Assembly (NCBI GenBank): GCA_951406725.2
Contig: OX597824.1
Coordinates: forward strand, 95,046,001 to 95,110,000
DNA: 64,000 bases
Direction: 5' to 3'
DNA from: Octopus vulgaris
Taxonomy: Eukaryota
Shown here: piece by piece, positions 62,940-64,000 of the stretch
How the letters are laid out: every line of letters starts with the position of its first letter
How positions within the stretch are numbered: the first letter of the stretch is position 1
Program-made: the position numbers and the translations under genes
Notes under the pieces: model-generated
Told to the model about the DNA's origin: nothing
Seen by the model: only the letters and a program-made list of their open reading frames with translations
The model's database searches: none

Positions 62940-64000
62940 AACAGAAGTGAAACATGGGTCCTGAATGCAAAAGACATGCAAAGGCTAGAGTGGAATGACG
63001 CTAGTATGGTCCACTGGATGTGGAACGTCAGTATAGAAGTGTGATGGAGCGCTAGTGTATTGAAAGAAAAGTTGGGCATAAGAATTAGATGCAGTGTGCA
63101 AACTGTAGTTGTGATACCTGTGCCAGCAGCACGTAAAAAGCACCATCAGAACGTGGCCGATGCCAGCGCTTCCTTGACTGGCTTCTGTGCCGGTGGCACG
63201 TGACCTGTTGTGCTTGAGGAGACCTATTGAGTCAAGTACATCAACATCAAAATAAATATCAAATGGAAATTGTAGTTGTGATACCTGTGCCAGTGGCACA
63301 TAAAAAGCTCCATCTGAACGTGGTCATTGCCAGCCTCCCCTGGCACCTGTGCCAGTGGCACGTAAAAAGCACCCACTGTACTCATGGAGTGGTTGACGTT
63401 AGGAAGGGCATCCAGCTGTAGAAACACTGCCAGATCAGACTGGAGCCTGGTGCAGCCTCCTGGCTTCCCCGACCCCGGTCGAACCGTCCAACCCATGCTA
63501 GCATGGAAAACGGATGTTAAACGATGATGATGATGATGATGATGTGCAAGAGAGAGGAGAATACATTGGTTTGGTCATGTGATGCAGAGGGATGTAAACA
63601 GTTGTATACAAAAGTGCCAATCAATTAAAATGGATGGAACTTGTGGAAGAGAGAGAGAGAGACCAAGGAAAACATGGAGCAGAGAGCTGAAGGCCGATCC
63701 CAAGACACTGAACATTATGAAAGAGATGGCAAAAGACCAAGATATCTGGCGCCTTGCTGTACCCAAGAAGACCCGACTACCACAGCAGAATCGATAGCGG
63801 TACTGGTGCTAGTGTCACACAAAAAAAGGCACTCGTACTGGTACCACACAGTAAGCATCCAGCACACTGTGGAGTGGTTGGCATTCGGAAGGGCCTCCAG
63901 CCATAGAAACCATGCCAGAACAAACAATGGAACTTGGTGCAGCTCCTGGCTTTACCGGCTCTGGTCAAACCATCCAACCCATGTCAGCGTGGAAAATGGA
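62940..64000 (+). mobile_element. RTE LINE 3' fragment with a nested RTE-3' element
   Basis: ...ETW..., WFGHVM..GTCGR..RPRKTW.. followed by the shared 3' UTR. Confidence 0.7.

Overview
AT-rich, repeat-dense eukaryotic DNA. The SINE/LINE repertoire and (TA)n/(CA)n/(GAT)n microsatellites point to an octopus (coleoid cephalopod) genome; this is an inference. Two convergent spliced genes could be rebuilt by hand from GT-AG sites with consistent phases. On the + strand are the last three coding exons of MOB2 (8262-32970, including a 22.3-kb intron). On the - strand are the last 17 coding exons of the cap 2'-O-methyltransferase CMTR1 (62867-48300), with the K-D-K-E tetrad intact. Both 5' ends lie outside the window. 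The rest is mobile DNA: two tRNA-derived SINE families, an RTE LINE with many short 3'-end copies, CR1-like and Gypsy relics, piggyBac/hAT-like MITEs, a Helitron and a Helentron-type element. The most notable signal is a set of short fold-back elements with Penelope-like architecture. One family joins a tRNA-like Pol III head to a minimal hammerhead ribozyme motif and is flanked by a 13-bp target-site duplication. A degenerate Naiad-like Penelope RT relic is also present. Most ORFs in the supplied track are repeat or low-complexity artefacts. Transposon boundaries are approximate; no database searches were run.
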